This document shows positions 1 through 11,664 of a stretch of 64,000 nt of DNA, one piece after another. Below the pieces are notes generated by a model. It saw only the letters and a program-made list of their open reading frames with translations. It searched no databases and was not told the DNA's origin. The position numbers were made by a program, and so were the translations under genes. Every line of letters starts with the position of its first letter. Positions within the stretch are counted from its first letter, which is position 1. Origin of the DNA: Armatimonadota bacterium (GTDB lineage: Bacteria; Armatimonadota; UBA5829; DSUL01); the NCBI GenBank assembly GCA_039811685.1, contig JBDHZC010000005.1:143150-207149 (forward strand), given 5' to 3'.

Positions 1-161
1 GGTCCGTCCTTTTGCGCCAGCGCCTTTTCTGCCCAGACGTCTCTGAGGGCGCTGGCAGCCTGGCTGTACGCCGGAGGCCGTCTCGCGGGAGAGGCTGAAG
101 CGGCACAGGCGGAACAGACGCCCGCCAGACAAACCAGAATACGAAACGCTCGTTTTGACAT
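1..161 (-). CDS. N-terminal part of a secreted hypothetical protein (runs off the window edge)
   Basis: ATG at 161 reads MSKRAFRILVCLAGVCSACAASASPA..., a signal-peptide-like start; frame open to position 1. Confidence 0.55.
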   Translation of the reverse strand, partial: MSKRAFRILVCLAGVCSACAASASPARRPPAYSQAASALRDVWAEKALAQKDG

Positions 162-368
162 ATAACACTTCCCATGGCAGGGTGGTAGCGGTTATTCGAG
201 AATCAAAATCTGTGCGACCACCGCCGGTGCGCCCAAAGACCGCACGCCTGACCCTGTGCGCATAGAATAGCAGGAGTTGACCTGTTCTGTTAAGAATGTG
301 CGACGTCGGGCGTCCATATCACTCCCAAAAAGCGTGTAACTGTTTCGCCCGCTCAGGAGAGAGAATCA

Positions 369-1916
369 ATGCCGAGTCAAGCCACAAGCGCAACTGCTTG
401 CGCGGCCACACCACACCCACTCGCAGGAGAGACAGCTCACCAGATACTGGCGTCCGGTGGCAACGCCGTTGACGCTGCTGTAGCCGCGATGCTTACTCTG
501 TCCGTTGTGATTCAGGGCTCCGTCGGGCTTGGAGGCTACGGTGGGAGTCTGGTGGTGTGTTTGAAGGACGGCAGCGTCGCGGCGCTCAACTTTGATTCCC
601 ACGCGCCAAAGGCCTACCGGAGGGAGCTCTTCGCCGGAAAAGCAGACGCTGAAGTATTTGGCTATCTCGCGATAAGTGTGCCGGCTGTTGTAGCGGGTCT
701 GGCGGAGGCGTTGAGGCTGTGGGGCACGCTTTCGTGGGCGCAGGCGAGCGAGCACGCAATCAGAATTGCCTCCGAGGGCTTTCCAGTGGATGCAATTCTC
801 AAGGCTCAGATGGAGACGATGGCCGCGGGTACGGACGCTGACTCTCGGCAGGCGATGTTTCCACAGGGGCGCACGCCAGAGGTGGGAGAAATCTTTGTTC
901 AGCGGGACCTGGCTAATCTTCTGCAAAGTCTGGCGGACGAAGGACCGGAGAGCTTTTACAGGGGCGATCTGCCGAGCAGGCTGTGCACACATATTCAACA
1001 ACACGGTGGGATATTGAGCGCTGAGGATTTCGATTACCAGCCAGAGCTCGTCCAACCGCTTCACGCCCACTACCGGGGACTGGATCTGTTCACACCGCCG
1101 CTGCCTTCCGGCGGCCTGACGACGCTGCAGATTCTGAAAGCGCTGAATCACTTTGACATCCAGGGCTTGCGCGGGCGTGAGGCAGACTACTTTCATCTCT
1201 TCGCTGAAGTTGCAAAACTCTGCTGGCAGGATCGCGAAGCCCACTCCGCAGACCCCAACTTCAGAGAGGTTCCGGTAGCGCAGATACTCTCAGACGAGCG
1301 CGCCGCAGACATTGCAGAGCAGATTTCATCTTGCGCCAACGCCGCGGAAAAGCCGAAAGAGGCGCCGGGGTCTTCACACACGGGCAACGTAGTCGTGAAG
1401 GATGCTGCGGGGAATATGGTCTCCCTCACGGCGACACAGGGCGGAATGTTTGGATCGCGCGTGGTCATTCCAGGGCTCGGCCTGGTGATGGGGCATGGCA
1501 TGTCGCGCTTTGACAGCAACCCGGCAAGCCCGAATGCCGCGCAGCCGGGCAAGCGAATGTGCCACAACATGTCCCCTCTCCTGGCGCTTCAGAATGGAGG
1601 CGCGCATATCGGGCTGGGAATGCCGGGCGGGGAGACCATCGTTACAGTCACAGCTCAGATGCTCATGAGTCTGGTAGATTTCCAGATGCAGCCACTGGAC
1701 GCAGTCTGCCGCGCGCGTGTCCACGTTCAGTCTGCCGAGCCGCTGCAGGTCTGGAATGTAGAAGGCGATATTCGCTCCGAGCTTCGTCGCAAGGGACACA
1801 GCCTGCTAATCAAAGAAAGCATTGGCGGGCCCTGCAACGCACTTGCGGTTCATCCTGAGACTGGGCAGATCACCGCCGCGTCCCAGGGCGAAGAAGGCTC
1901 AGCTATCGGCCTTTGA
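369..1916 (+). CDS. ggt: gamma-glutamyltransferase family protein
   Basis: GGNAVDAAVA, GLGGYGG, nucleophile region HTGNVVVKDAAGNMVSLT, PGKRM, GMPGG; AGGAG RBS upstream. Confidence 0.9.
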   Translation: MPSQATSATACAATPHPLAGETAHQILASGGNAVDAAVAAMLTLSVVIQGSVGLGGYGGSLVVCLKDGSVAALNFDSHAPKAYRRELFAGKADAEVFGYLAISVPAVVAGLAEALRLWGTLSWAQASEHAIRIASEGFPVDAILKAQMETMAAGTDADSRQAMFPQGRTPEVGEIFVQRDLANLLQSLADEGPESFYRGDLPSRLCTHIQQHGGILSAEDFDYQPELVQPLHAHYRGLDLFTPPLPSGGLTTLQILKALNHFDIQGLRGREADYFHLFAEVAKLCWQDREAHSADPNFREVPVAQILSDERAADIAEQISSCANAAEKPKEAPGSSHTGNVVVKDAAGNMVSLTATQGGMFGSRVVIPGLGLVMGHGMSRFDSNPASPNAAQPGKRMCHNMSPLLALQNGGAHIGLGMPGGETIVTVTAQMLMSLVDFQMQPLDAVCRARVHVQSAEPLQVWNVEGDIRSELRRKGHSLLIKESIGGPCNALAVHPETGQITAASQGEEGSAIGL

Positions 1917-1965
1917 CACCAGCGCCGGTTAGACCGGTGGGCGGGCGCCACGTCCGTACGAACGG

Positions 1966-3728
<1,763 letters not shown>

Positions 3729-3796
3729 TTTTTCAATTTCTCTGTACGCTTCGCCAGGTACACAGGCTCCGACATCGTCCAGAAAGAGGGAGAACC

Positions 3797-5080
3797 TCAG
3801 CTTCTCACGGGGCGAAGCGCGCTGCCGTTGAGCTCCCAGTCCCCGTGGCAGAACGCAAGACCGCTGCGCGGGTCCGGCACGCGTCCCGTGCCGTAAACGT
3901 CCATGGGCGACACAGTCAGCTGTGCGGCATTCTCAACATAGTCCGCAACTTCGCCGACCCGTCCAATCCAGATATGCACCCAGTATGTCCCATGCATCAT
4001 CGGAAATCGGCGGAACGTGCAGCGGATTTTGCTGGGCCCGTCCAGGCTCAGCGGCGCGTTCACCTGCTCCCAGGAAAAACAGCGAATCGCCTGTGTGCTG
4101 AGTGAGTTTCCAACAAAGATGCCTACAATCGCATCCGGATAGCTTCCCTCCGTGTCCACTTCCACGCAGAAATCTCCACCCATCGGGACGCTGTCTGTGA
4201 GCTGATCCGCATCGTCCACAATACGCACCGCCACCGCACGCGCCGCGCCATGACCCTGTCTGTCCTTGCGTTCGCGCAGGTCCTGAGACTGTGTGGCTCT
4301 TGAGGCTGAATACAGCCGGATCGCCTCAGCCGTGCTGCCGTCAAACTCCGAGCGTCCCTGTTTCAGCAGAATGGCGCGAGAGCACAAGGAGTCCACCGCC
4401 ACCAGGTTGTGGCTGACGAAAAATACCGTGCGCCCCTCTCGTGAAGCCACATCCTCCATCTTGCCCAGACACTTTTGCTGAAACTGCGCGTCTCCCACTG
4501 CGAGCACTTCGTCCACCACCAGAATCTCCGGCTCCAGGTGCGCCGCTACCGCAAAGGCCAGCCGGACATACATGCCCGATGAATAGCGCTTGACCGGCGT
4601 GTCCAGAAACTTCTCAATCTCCGCAAACTCCACAATCTCATCGAACTTGCGCCTGATCTCCGCTCTGGACATTCCGAGAACCGCGCCGTTGAGGAAGATG
4701 TTCTCGCGTCCAGTCAGTTCCGGATGAAACCCCGTGCCCACCTCCAGCAGGCTGGCCACGCGACCCCGCACGCGAAAGCGCCCCTCGGAGGGCTCGGTGA
4801 TGCGGCTGAGCAGCTTCAGAAGTGTAGATTTGCCCGCCCCGTTGCGCCCGATTATGCCCACAGCCTCCCCGTGACGCACTTCGAAGGAGATATCTCTGAG
4901 TGCCCAGAACTCCTCCCGCGTCATCTTCGCAGAACCGCGCCGCAGCGTGAACAGAGATTTCGCGCCCTGCGCTAACACATCGCGCAGAGCCGTATAGCGC
5001 GCCTGCCCCTGACTCTGGTGGCCAATGATGTACTTCTTGCCCAGCCCTTCCGCCCGGATTGCCAGCTCTTCAGATGACAT
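3797..5080 (-). CDS. wzt: polysaccharide ABC transporter ATP-binding protein with Wzt C-terminal domain
   Basis: GRNGAGKSTLLK, LLEVGTGFHPELTGREN, YSSGMYVRLAF, DEVLAVGD; start set at MSSEELAIR overlapping wzm end. Confidence 0.92.
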   Translation of the reverse strand: MSSEELAIRAEGLGKKYIIGHQSQGQARYTALRDVLAQGAKSLFTLRRGSAKMTREEFWALRDISFEVRHGEAVGIIGRNGAGKSTLLKLLSRITEPSEGRFRVRGRVASLLEVGTGFHPELTGRENIFLNGAVLGMSRAEIRRKFDEIVEFAEIEKFLDTPVKRYSSGMYVRLAFAVAAHLEPEILVVDEVLAVGDAQFQQKCLGKMEDVASREGRTVFFVSHNLVAVDSLCSRAILLKQGRSEFDGSTAEAIRLYSASRATQSQDLRERKDRQGHGAARAVAVRIVDDADQLTDSVPMGGDFCVEVDTEGSYPDAIVGIFVGNSLSTQAIRCFSWEQVNAPLSLDGPSKIRCTFRRFPMMHGTYWVHIWIGRVGEVADYVENAAQLTVSPMDVYGTGRVPDPRSGLAFCHGDWELNGSALRPVRS

Positions 5081-5894
5081 CGGCAAAAGTCTTCTCCGTG
5101 CGGCGAAAATACCAGATCGCCCCCACCAGCAAGCACACTGTGGCGACAACCGACATCACAAGGCCGGGCAGGTACAGCTCAAAGTTGCGTCCCAGAATAG
5201 CCCATCGAAAGCCATCAATGACACCTACCATCGGATTGATCGAGTAGATCAGCCGCCACCTGGCGGGGACAATGTCGCTTGTAAAGCCCACCGGCGATAT
5301 GTAGGTCCCGAACTGCACAATAAAGGGGACGATGTAGCGAAAGTCGCGATACTTGACATTCAAAGCCGCCAGCCACAGCCCGGCGCCCGCCGCCGCGCCT
5401 CCCGCCAGCAGGACGAAGGCGGGAATGAAGAGGATGCGCCCGGACGGCGCAAACCGGTAGAGCGCCATCAAGACTCCCAGGAGAGCCGCTGAGATCAGCA
5501 GATCCACAAAGCTGACGATGACCGAGCTGGCAGGCACGATGATGCGCGGGAAGTACACCTTGCTGATCAGTTTTTCGTTGTTGAGCAGGCTGTTGGAAGA
5601 CTCACTCAGCGCATTGGAGAAAAACTGCCACGGAAGCATCGCCGCAAAAACCAGCAGCGGATACGGAACGCCCTGCGAAGGCAGTCTGGCGAAGCGCCCG
5701 AAAACAACGGTGAGGATGAGCATGGTCAGCAGTGGCCGCAGCACGCTCCAGGCGACGCCGATCACCGTCTGTTTGTAGCGCACCAGAACGTCGCGCCACG
5801 CCAGGAAGTAAAACAGCTCCCTGTAGCGCCACAAGTCCCGCCAGTACAGCCTCTCGCCCCGGCCGGCCTCAACCAGTAACTCTTGTGTGCTCAT
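5070..5894 (-). CDS. wzm: polysaccharide ABC transporter permease
   Basis: YRELFYFLAWRDVLVRYKQTVIG, LISKVYFPR, YRDFRYIVPF, EKTFADVI; start set at MSTQELL. Confidence 0.92.
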   Translation of the reverse strand: MSTQELLVEAGRGERLYWRDLWRYRELFYFLAWRDVLVRYKQTVIGVAWSVLRPLLTMLILTVVFGRFARLPSQGVPYPLLVFAAMLPWQFFSNALSESSNSLLNNEKLISKVYFPRIIVPASSVIVSFVDLLISAALLGVLMALYRFAPSGRILFIPAFVLLAGGAAAGAGLWLAALNVKYRDFRYIVPFIVQFGTYISPVGFTSDIVPARWRLIYSINPMVGVIDGFRWAILGRNFELYLPGLVMSVVATVCLLVGAIWYFRRTEKTFADVI

Positions 5895-6165
5895 AGATAG
5901 AAGGACGAACAACCCCGCTTCCGCAGCGCACAGCTCCGCCGAAGGTGGGCACGGAGCGCAGAAACGCCGGGAGCAGGCAACACTGCCCGGGCACGAGGAG
6001 TTTAGCCGGAACCAGCCCGCGCGCGCAACGCAGGAGGCCAGCCCTTGTCCTTCCAGCCACAAGTGTGCTCTAACTGCACACGGCAAATCTCTCCGGGTAC
6101 AGAGAGCAACTGGAACTAACCAGGAGACAATTCGCTGTTATGTGTTCAGAACGGCCTTGCGAACG

Positions 6166-7698
6166 CTAGGCCCAGTACTTGCGGTCCAGGCTGCGGTACT
6201 GGATCGCTTCGGCGACGTGAGCCGCGGTGATTTCGTCGGAGTCCGCGAGATCGGCGATCGTGCGGCCGACCTTCAGAATGCGGTCATAGGCTCTTGCCGA
6301 GAGATTCAACTGACTGATAGCGTTCCTCAAAATGTCTCTAACGGGCTGCCCGACCTGACAGTACTGTTTGATCTGCCGAGTCTGCATCTGGGCGTTGGTG
6401 AAGAAGCCCGTTCCGCGATAGCGCTCATTCTGACGCTGACGCGCGCGTCTGACACGGTCGCGAATCGAGGATGAAGGCTCCCCGCTCTCCTGTTGCATCA
6501 GTTCATCCTGCTTCAGGCGCGGCACCTCCACGTGAATGTCCAGCCTGTCCAGCAACGGACCGGATATCCTCTGCAGGTACTGCCGGATTTGGCGCGGCGT
6601 GCAGGTGCAGGAAACAGCCAGATCGTTGAAATACCCGCACGGGCACGGATTCATACTGGCGACCAGCATGAACCTGGCGGGGTAGGTTAGCGACCCGGAC
6701 GCGCGGCTGATGGTGACAACGCCATCTTCCAGCGGCTGGCGCAACACTTCCAGCACGTCCCGCCGGAACTCCGGCAGCTCATCCAGAAAGAGCACTCCGT
6801 GATGCGCAAGACTCACCTCTCCGGGCCTCGGATGCGCTCCTCCTCCGGAGAGGCCGGCATTGGAGATGGTGTGGTGCGGGCTGCGAAAGGCGCGCCTGGT
6901 AACCAGGGCCTCATCCTGTTGCATAAGTCCCGCCACCGAGTACAGCTTTGTCGTCTCCAGCGCCTCCTCCAGAGTCAGGCTGGGGAGGATGGTCGGCAGA
7001 CGGCGCGCGAGCATGGTTTTCCCAGAGCCAGGTGGCCCGATCATCAGCACGTTGTGACCACCGGCAGCCGAGACCTCCAGCGCCCGCTTCACCTGCTGCT
7101 GACTTTTGACGTCTGAGAAGCAGACCGGGTAAGGAGGCTCCTGGAGTTCGACGTCGGCGATCGAAGCCTGGATGGGCTCTGCGGCGAATCCACTTTGAAT
7201 GAGTTCGTACACTTCAGCCAGATTGCTGACACCATAGACGGGCGGCCCCTGGACAATAGCGCCTTCGCCTGCGTTGCTCACCGGCACAATGAGGCGCTTC
7301 ACTCCGTCACACTTGGCTTTGATTGCAATGGGCAGAACACCCTGCGTGCTGCGCACAGATCCGTCCAGAGACAGCTCTCCAAGAAAGAGACACCCTTCCA
7401 GCTTGTCTATCTCTATCTGTCCGGTAGCCGCCAGCAGGCCCATAGCAATGGGCAGATCAAAGGATGGCCCTTCTTTGCGGACATCTGCCGGCGCAAGGTT
7501 GATGGTGATGCGCCGCTGGGGAAAATCGAAACCGGAGTTTTTAACGGCGCTGCGGACGCGCTCACGGGATTCCTGCACGGCCGTATCTGGCAGGCCAACG
7601 ATGGTAAATGCGGGGAGTCCTCCCAGCAGATCCACTTCGACGTCAACTAAGTAGGCGTCCACGCCCAGGACTGCGCTGGATGTTATACGTGCAAGCAT
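6166..7698 (-). CDS. comM: YifB/ComM family Mg-chelatase-like AAA+ ATPase
   Basis: IVGLPDTAVQESRERV, INLAPADVRKEG, GPPGSGKTMLARRL, FRSPHH, LDELPEF, NPCPCGY. Confidence 0.95.
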   Translation of the reverse strand: MLARITSSAVLGVDAYLVDVEVDLLGGLPAFTIVGLPDTAVQESRERVRSAVKNSGFDFPQRRITINLAPADVRKEGPSFDLPIAMGLLAATGQIEIDKLEGCLFLGELSLDGSVRSTQGVLPIAIKAKCDGVKRLIVPVSNAGEGAIVQGPPVYGVSNLAEVYELIQSGFAAEPIQASIADVELQEPPYPVCFSDVKSQQQVKRALEVSAAGGHNVLMIGPPGSGKTMLARRLPTILPSLTLEEALETTKLYSVAGLMQQDEALVTRRAFRSPHHTISNAGLSGGGAHPRPGEVSLAHHGVLFLDELPEFRRDVLEVLRQPLEDGVVTISRASGSLTYPARFMLVASMNPCPCGYFNDLAVSCTCTPRQIRQYLQRISGPLLDRLDIHVEVPRLKQDELMQQESGEPSSSIRDRVRRARQRQNERYRGTGFFTNAQMQTRQIKQYCQVGQPVRDILRNAISQLNLSARAYDRILKVGRTIADLADSDEITAAHVAEAIQYRSLDRKYWA

Positions 7699-8061
7699 AG
7701 ATGGAGCCCCGAGCCGGGGACGCTCCATTATAAGTCGCGGCCTGACCCGCCGTCAATTCATACGCCTTGCCCCATCCAAGATCAAACCAGAAAAATCGGA
7801 GAGGCCACACGGAATGAAAACAGCCTGGGGAGCAATTCGTGGAAGCCAACGTGGGTCCGTACCGTGGCGTTTTTTTAGTGTGATGCCGGCTTTTTCCAGC
7901 GCAGCGTCACTCGATTAGCCGTATGTTCAACTGTCCGAAACCGTAGCTCTGGCTTCGGAATTACGAGGTCTCTGGTCTGCTCCTGGTCGGCGCTGTGCGC
8001 ACATGAGTCAGTCTCTGTGATATGCTGTCAAGTCTTGCGAAACTGTGGACGACACTAATGG

Positions 8062-8799
8062 TTGCCGGTATTGCCTGAGATTTCCTACGATACATCCATC
8101 TTCCTGGCCTTCATTCTTGGAGCCTTTCACGTGCTGGAACCGGCGCACGGCCGCAGCATTATCCATGCGCTGCTCGTGGGGTCGCGTGGCAGCAAGCTGG
8201 ACGTGGTGAAGTTTGGCTCTGCCGTCATGGTCTCCCATCTGGGCCTGGCTACGGTGCTGGCCGTAATCGTGTGGTTTGCGGGGGAGCGCGTGGGCTCGCA
8301 GGTTGTCGCCCCGGCGTTCAAGATCATCGGTTCACTGGCGACGGTGGGAATCGGTGTTTTCATGCTCACGTGTGGCGTCGGGCGCCACACCACTTGCGTT
8401 CACAAACATCACGGTATCGAGTTCGAGCATGACCCGGCGCACGAAGAAATCCACGCGCGACACATGCTGCAGGCGCATGTTGTCAACCCAACAATTCTGG
8501 GTGTAACGGGCGGCCTCATTCCCTGTCAGGGAACTATCGCGCTCATCACTCTTGCTGTAGGCGCCGGGCGGCTTCAGTCCGCAATCTGGCTTCTTCTGTC
8601 GTTTGCTCTCGGACTTGGGCTGTGTCTGATGGTTGTGGGGCTGATTACGGCTATGGGTCGCGCTCGGGCCGAGTCTCTGTCGCAGAAGCTCGGAGGTTCA
8701 ACAGCGCTGGCGCTTGCGCCAGGTGTGGTCGTTGCGCTGATGGGCTTGATTTCGCTGGGCTTTTCGGTAGCCGAAATTACAAGCGGGCACGTTCACTGA
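8062..8799 (+). CDS. RcnA/HoxN-like nickel/cobalt transporter
   Basis: LGAFHVLEPAHG motif, His-rich loop (HKHH...HEEIH), GGLIPC motif, multiple TM segments; start uncertain. Confidence 0.8.
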   Translation: MPVLPEISYDTSIFLAFILGAFHVLEPAHGRSIIHALLVGSRGSKLDVVKFGSAVMVSHLGLATVLAVIVWFAGERVGSQVVAPAFKIIGSLATVGIGVFMLTCGVGRHTTCVHKHHGIEFEHDPAHEEIHARHMLQAHVVNPTILGVTGGLIPCQGTIALITLAVGAGRLQSAIWLLLSFALGLGLCLMVVGLITAMGRARAESLSQKLGGSTALALAPGVVVALMGLISLGFSVAEITSGHVH

Positions 8800-8832
8800 G
8801 ACTTTCAGCAAAGCCCTCTCTTCCCGGAAAAA

Positions 8833-11664
8833 CTACAGCTCCACCAGAGCGAAGTGCTCGTGGAACCATTCGGGGTCTTCCCGCTCCATCAGACGGTGGC
8901 GGTCTTCGTGGCAGGTCACCAGAATCACCTGGTTGTCCTGATTGACCCGCTCCGCCAACAGACGCATTCCCTTGCGGAAGCGCGGATCGTCCCAGGTCAG
9001 AAACGGGTCGTCGAGGAGGATTGGCACAGCTTCATCGCGTGACAGAGCGCGGCAGATACCGGTCCTGGCGGCAAACCACACCTGATCTCTGGCGCCCGAA
9101 GACAGGTGCGCGCTTGCTTCCAGCATATCCAGCCAGCGCCCGGACGAAGCGTCACGCACTTTGAAAGAGAGGTCTTCGGAGAAGACCACGTCCGACCAGT
9201 TTACGTCAAGCTCCTTGAGCATGCCATTCGCCGCAGAGTTGAGCCACAGCGCCCACTGTCTGCGAGCGTTCTCTCCCACATCCGAGAGTACGCCAATAGC
9301 AATTTCAGCGGCTTTTTGAAATCTCTGAGCGCGGTCGAGATAGGCCTGCAACCGGGCAGCGTCGTCTTCCACCTGCGGGAGGTCCTGCCGGATACGGTTC
9401 AGCGTCTCCCACAGCCCGGCGGATAACTCCGTGTGGCGGGCGGTAGTGAACTGAAGCTGAGACCGAATCTCGTCAAGACGCGCGCGCGCCTGTCCGGCGG
9501 CCTGAGAGGTCTGAGGCCCCGTCCGCAAGCCAACCAGACGTGTCTCAAGCTCGGCCTTTTCACTCAGCAACGCGCTGAGTTCCTCGCCGGGGATCAGTCC
9601 CACCTGTCTGGCCGGAAGAAGCTCACTTGTCAGATAGTGATAGCGCCGTGTTTTTTCCGCCTGCTCGACGAACTGTGCCGTCGCCTCATCCAGCCCGCCC
9701 TGTGGTGGGATGCCGGCTTTCTGGAGGATTTCCAGAATCTCCTGTTTTTGTCTGCTGAGCTGCTCGCGCAGCGCTTCTACTTCACTTGAGAGCGTGTCAT
9801 ATCGCGCTTTGATCTGAGCGCGCTCGCGTGAAAGCTCCATCATCTGCGATGCTGCCAGAGCCAGGCGCTGAATCTCTGTGGAGTTTGTTTCCGCCGTCGA
9901 GAGCTGCTGCCCACATTCTGCGGCCACGGATATCGCTTTGAACTGCGCCGCTTCGAGCCTCTCGGACATCTCACGCATGCTGGTGTGCACGCGCGCCCAT
10001 TCCCGGATCAAATGCCGATTGCCGACGTACTGCAGCCAGTCCTCGGCTGCCGCGCGTCCGGACTCGAGTCCCAGATTCTGAGCTGCCTTGTCCGCCTTTT
10101 TGTGCAGCTCTTCCAACTCCGCAGAGCGTTTGGCGTACTCCAGGGCAATTTCTCCCAGACTCTTATCCAGAGACGCAATTTCTGTTTTTCGCGAGAGAGC
10201 CTGGTTGGCCTGCACAGCGCAAAGCAGCAGAAACAGCGCAGACAGCCCCGTGCACACATAGAAAACCGGCCCCACGCCCGCAAACAGCGACACCCCGCCA
10301 AAGGCCGCGGCGCACACCATCAGAAAGGCAGACACGACAGCAAACCGTTTGTGCAGCGCCTTTCGCTTGAGCAGGCCGTCTTTCGCGCCGTTCTTCTCCT
10401 CTTCACTGCGGCGGTAGCCTTCGCGATCCTGATCGTACACGCGTGTGCGCTCGATCCACGTCGTAATCGCCAACTGATCGTCATACAAAGCGGAGTCAAA
10501 GCAGTTGTACAGCCGCTCCGCGCTCTTTTCCGTCAAAGAGTTCTGATCCAGCAGACGCCCTAAGGACTCCAGCTGCCCCTTCACCGCCTTTTGATCGCGC
10601 TCCAGCTCTCTGAGAACCGTCGCCGAGTCGCGCAGCAGATCGGCCTGCGTCTGTCCCGCCTCTGCCAGCAGCCCAGCCTGTCCAAGTTCTCCCTCCAGCT
10701 CATCGAGCTTGCCTTTGATCTCCTCGAGCTGCGTGTCCTTTTCCAGAAGTACGGGAGCATTCGTCTGAACGGAGATGGCCAGGCGAGTCAGAGTGTCCTG
10801 GCTGGCCTGCGGAAAGTCTTTGAGGTATTCCAGAGCTTCCGCCTCCTGCTGAAGGCCGAGGGATTCCATTTCTGAGTGCTGATGCCGGGCGAGACGCTCA
10901 TTGATCTCGGCAAGCCGCAGGCGGGCCTCTTCAGCGCCAGCTTCTTCTTCCTCTGCCTTAAGCGCCTCGATACGGCGCTCAAGGTCTTCCATTTCCGCGA
11001 TTTCCGCCGAACGCTGCGCCCGCTGCGCTTCCATTTCCGTTTTGCGCGTCTCAGCCTCGCTCAGTTGAGCCTGCGCTCGGGCAATGGCCGTCGAGAGCAA
11101 AACCAGATTGCCGTTCGGATCGCGGTAGCGCTGCGTAGAGTGTTCAATGAGCTTGGCCGCCGCTTCTGCTGTCAGCTCTGATCCGGACAGCAACTCTTCC
11201 AGCCGCTCGCGCACACCGCCGGAATCACTGAGCTGCAGCGTCTCCTTGCCTGAAATGCACGACAGCCGCCTGAAGTCCTCCGCGCTTATGCCCAGCCAGG
11301 CGCGCGCGCCTTCCCCGTTTGTTGAAGGAGTGAGGTCTTCTCCGCTGGTAAGGTTCATGGCTTGATAGCGCTTGCCGCCAAAATCCCGAATGAGCCGGAC
11401 ATGCGAACTCTGCACCTCCACATCCAGCTCTAGCCCGAACTCTTCAGACTCCCAGGGCTCATACACTGTTTTGAGCGGCACTTTGGTTCTGGAGGCGCGC
11501 TCCTTCTCCGGCAGGCCGTAAAGCCCTGCAATAATCGCTTCGAGCAGAGCAGTCTTCCCACTCTCGTTAGGGCGGGCAATCAATGCGACCTTATTCTCAG
11601 GCAAATGGATTTCGCGGTTGATCAACTTTCCAAAACCGCGAACCAGCAGCTTCTTAATGCGCAT
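8833..11664 (-). CDS. YhaN/SbcC-like SMC-type AAA ATPase with long coiled coil
   Basis: GFGKL, Walker A NESGKT, LSSGARDQ signature, PILLDDPF Walker B, TCH; overlaps stop of upstream nuclease. Confidence 0.85.
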   Translation of the reverse strand: MRIKKLLVRGFGKLINREIHLPENKVALIARPNESGKTALLEAIIAGLYGLPEKERASRTKVPLKTVYEPWESEEFGLELDVEVQSSHVRLIRDFGGKRYQAMNLTSGEDLTPSTNGEGARAWLGISAEDFRRLSCISGKETLQLSDSGGVRERLEELLSGSELTAEAAAKLIEHSTQRYRDPNGNLVLLSTAIARAQAQLSEAETRKTEMEAQRAQRSAEIAEMEDLERRIEALKAEEEEAGAEEARLRLAEINERLARHQHSEMESLGLQQEAEALEYLKDFPQASQDTLTRLAISVQTNAPVLLEKDTQLEEIKGKLDELEGELGQAGLLAEAGQTQADLLRDSATVLRELERDQKAVKGQLESLGRLLDQNSLTEKSAERLYNCFDSALYDDQLAITTWIERTRVYDQDREGYRRSEEEKNGAKDGLLKRKALHKRFAVVSAFLMVCAAAFGGVSLFAGVGPVFYVCTGLSALFLLLCAVQANQALSRKTEIASLDKSLGEIALEYAKRSAELEELHKKADKAAQNLGLESGRAAAEDWLQYVGNRHLIREWARVHTSMREMSERLEAAQFKAISVAAECGQQLSTAETNSTEIQRLALAASQMMELSRERAQIKARYDTLSSEVEALREQLSRQKQEILEILQKAGIPPQGGLDEATAQFVEQAEKTRRYHYLTSELLPARQVGLIPGEELSALLSEKAELETRLVGLRTGPQTSQAAGQARARLDEIRSQLQFTTARHTELSAGLWETLNRIRQDLPQVEDDAARLQAYLDRAQRFQKAAEIAIGVLSDVGENARRQWALWLNSAANGMLKELDVNWSDVVFSEDLSFKVRDASSGRWLDMLEASAHLSSGARDQVWFAARTGICRALSRDEAVPILLDDPFLTWDDPRFRKGMRLLAERVNQDNQVILVTCHEDRHRLMEREDPEWFHEHFALVEL

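Noticed and set aside
366-1244. 292-aa minus-strand ORF
   Set aside because: Antisense shadow of ggt; no recognisable motifs
6166-7698. comM as an integration hotspot
   Set aside because: Gene is intact and no integrase or att duplication is visible
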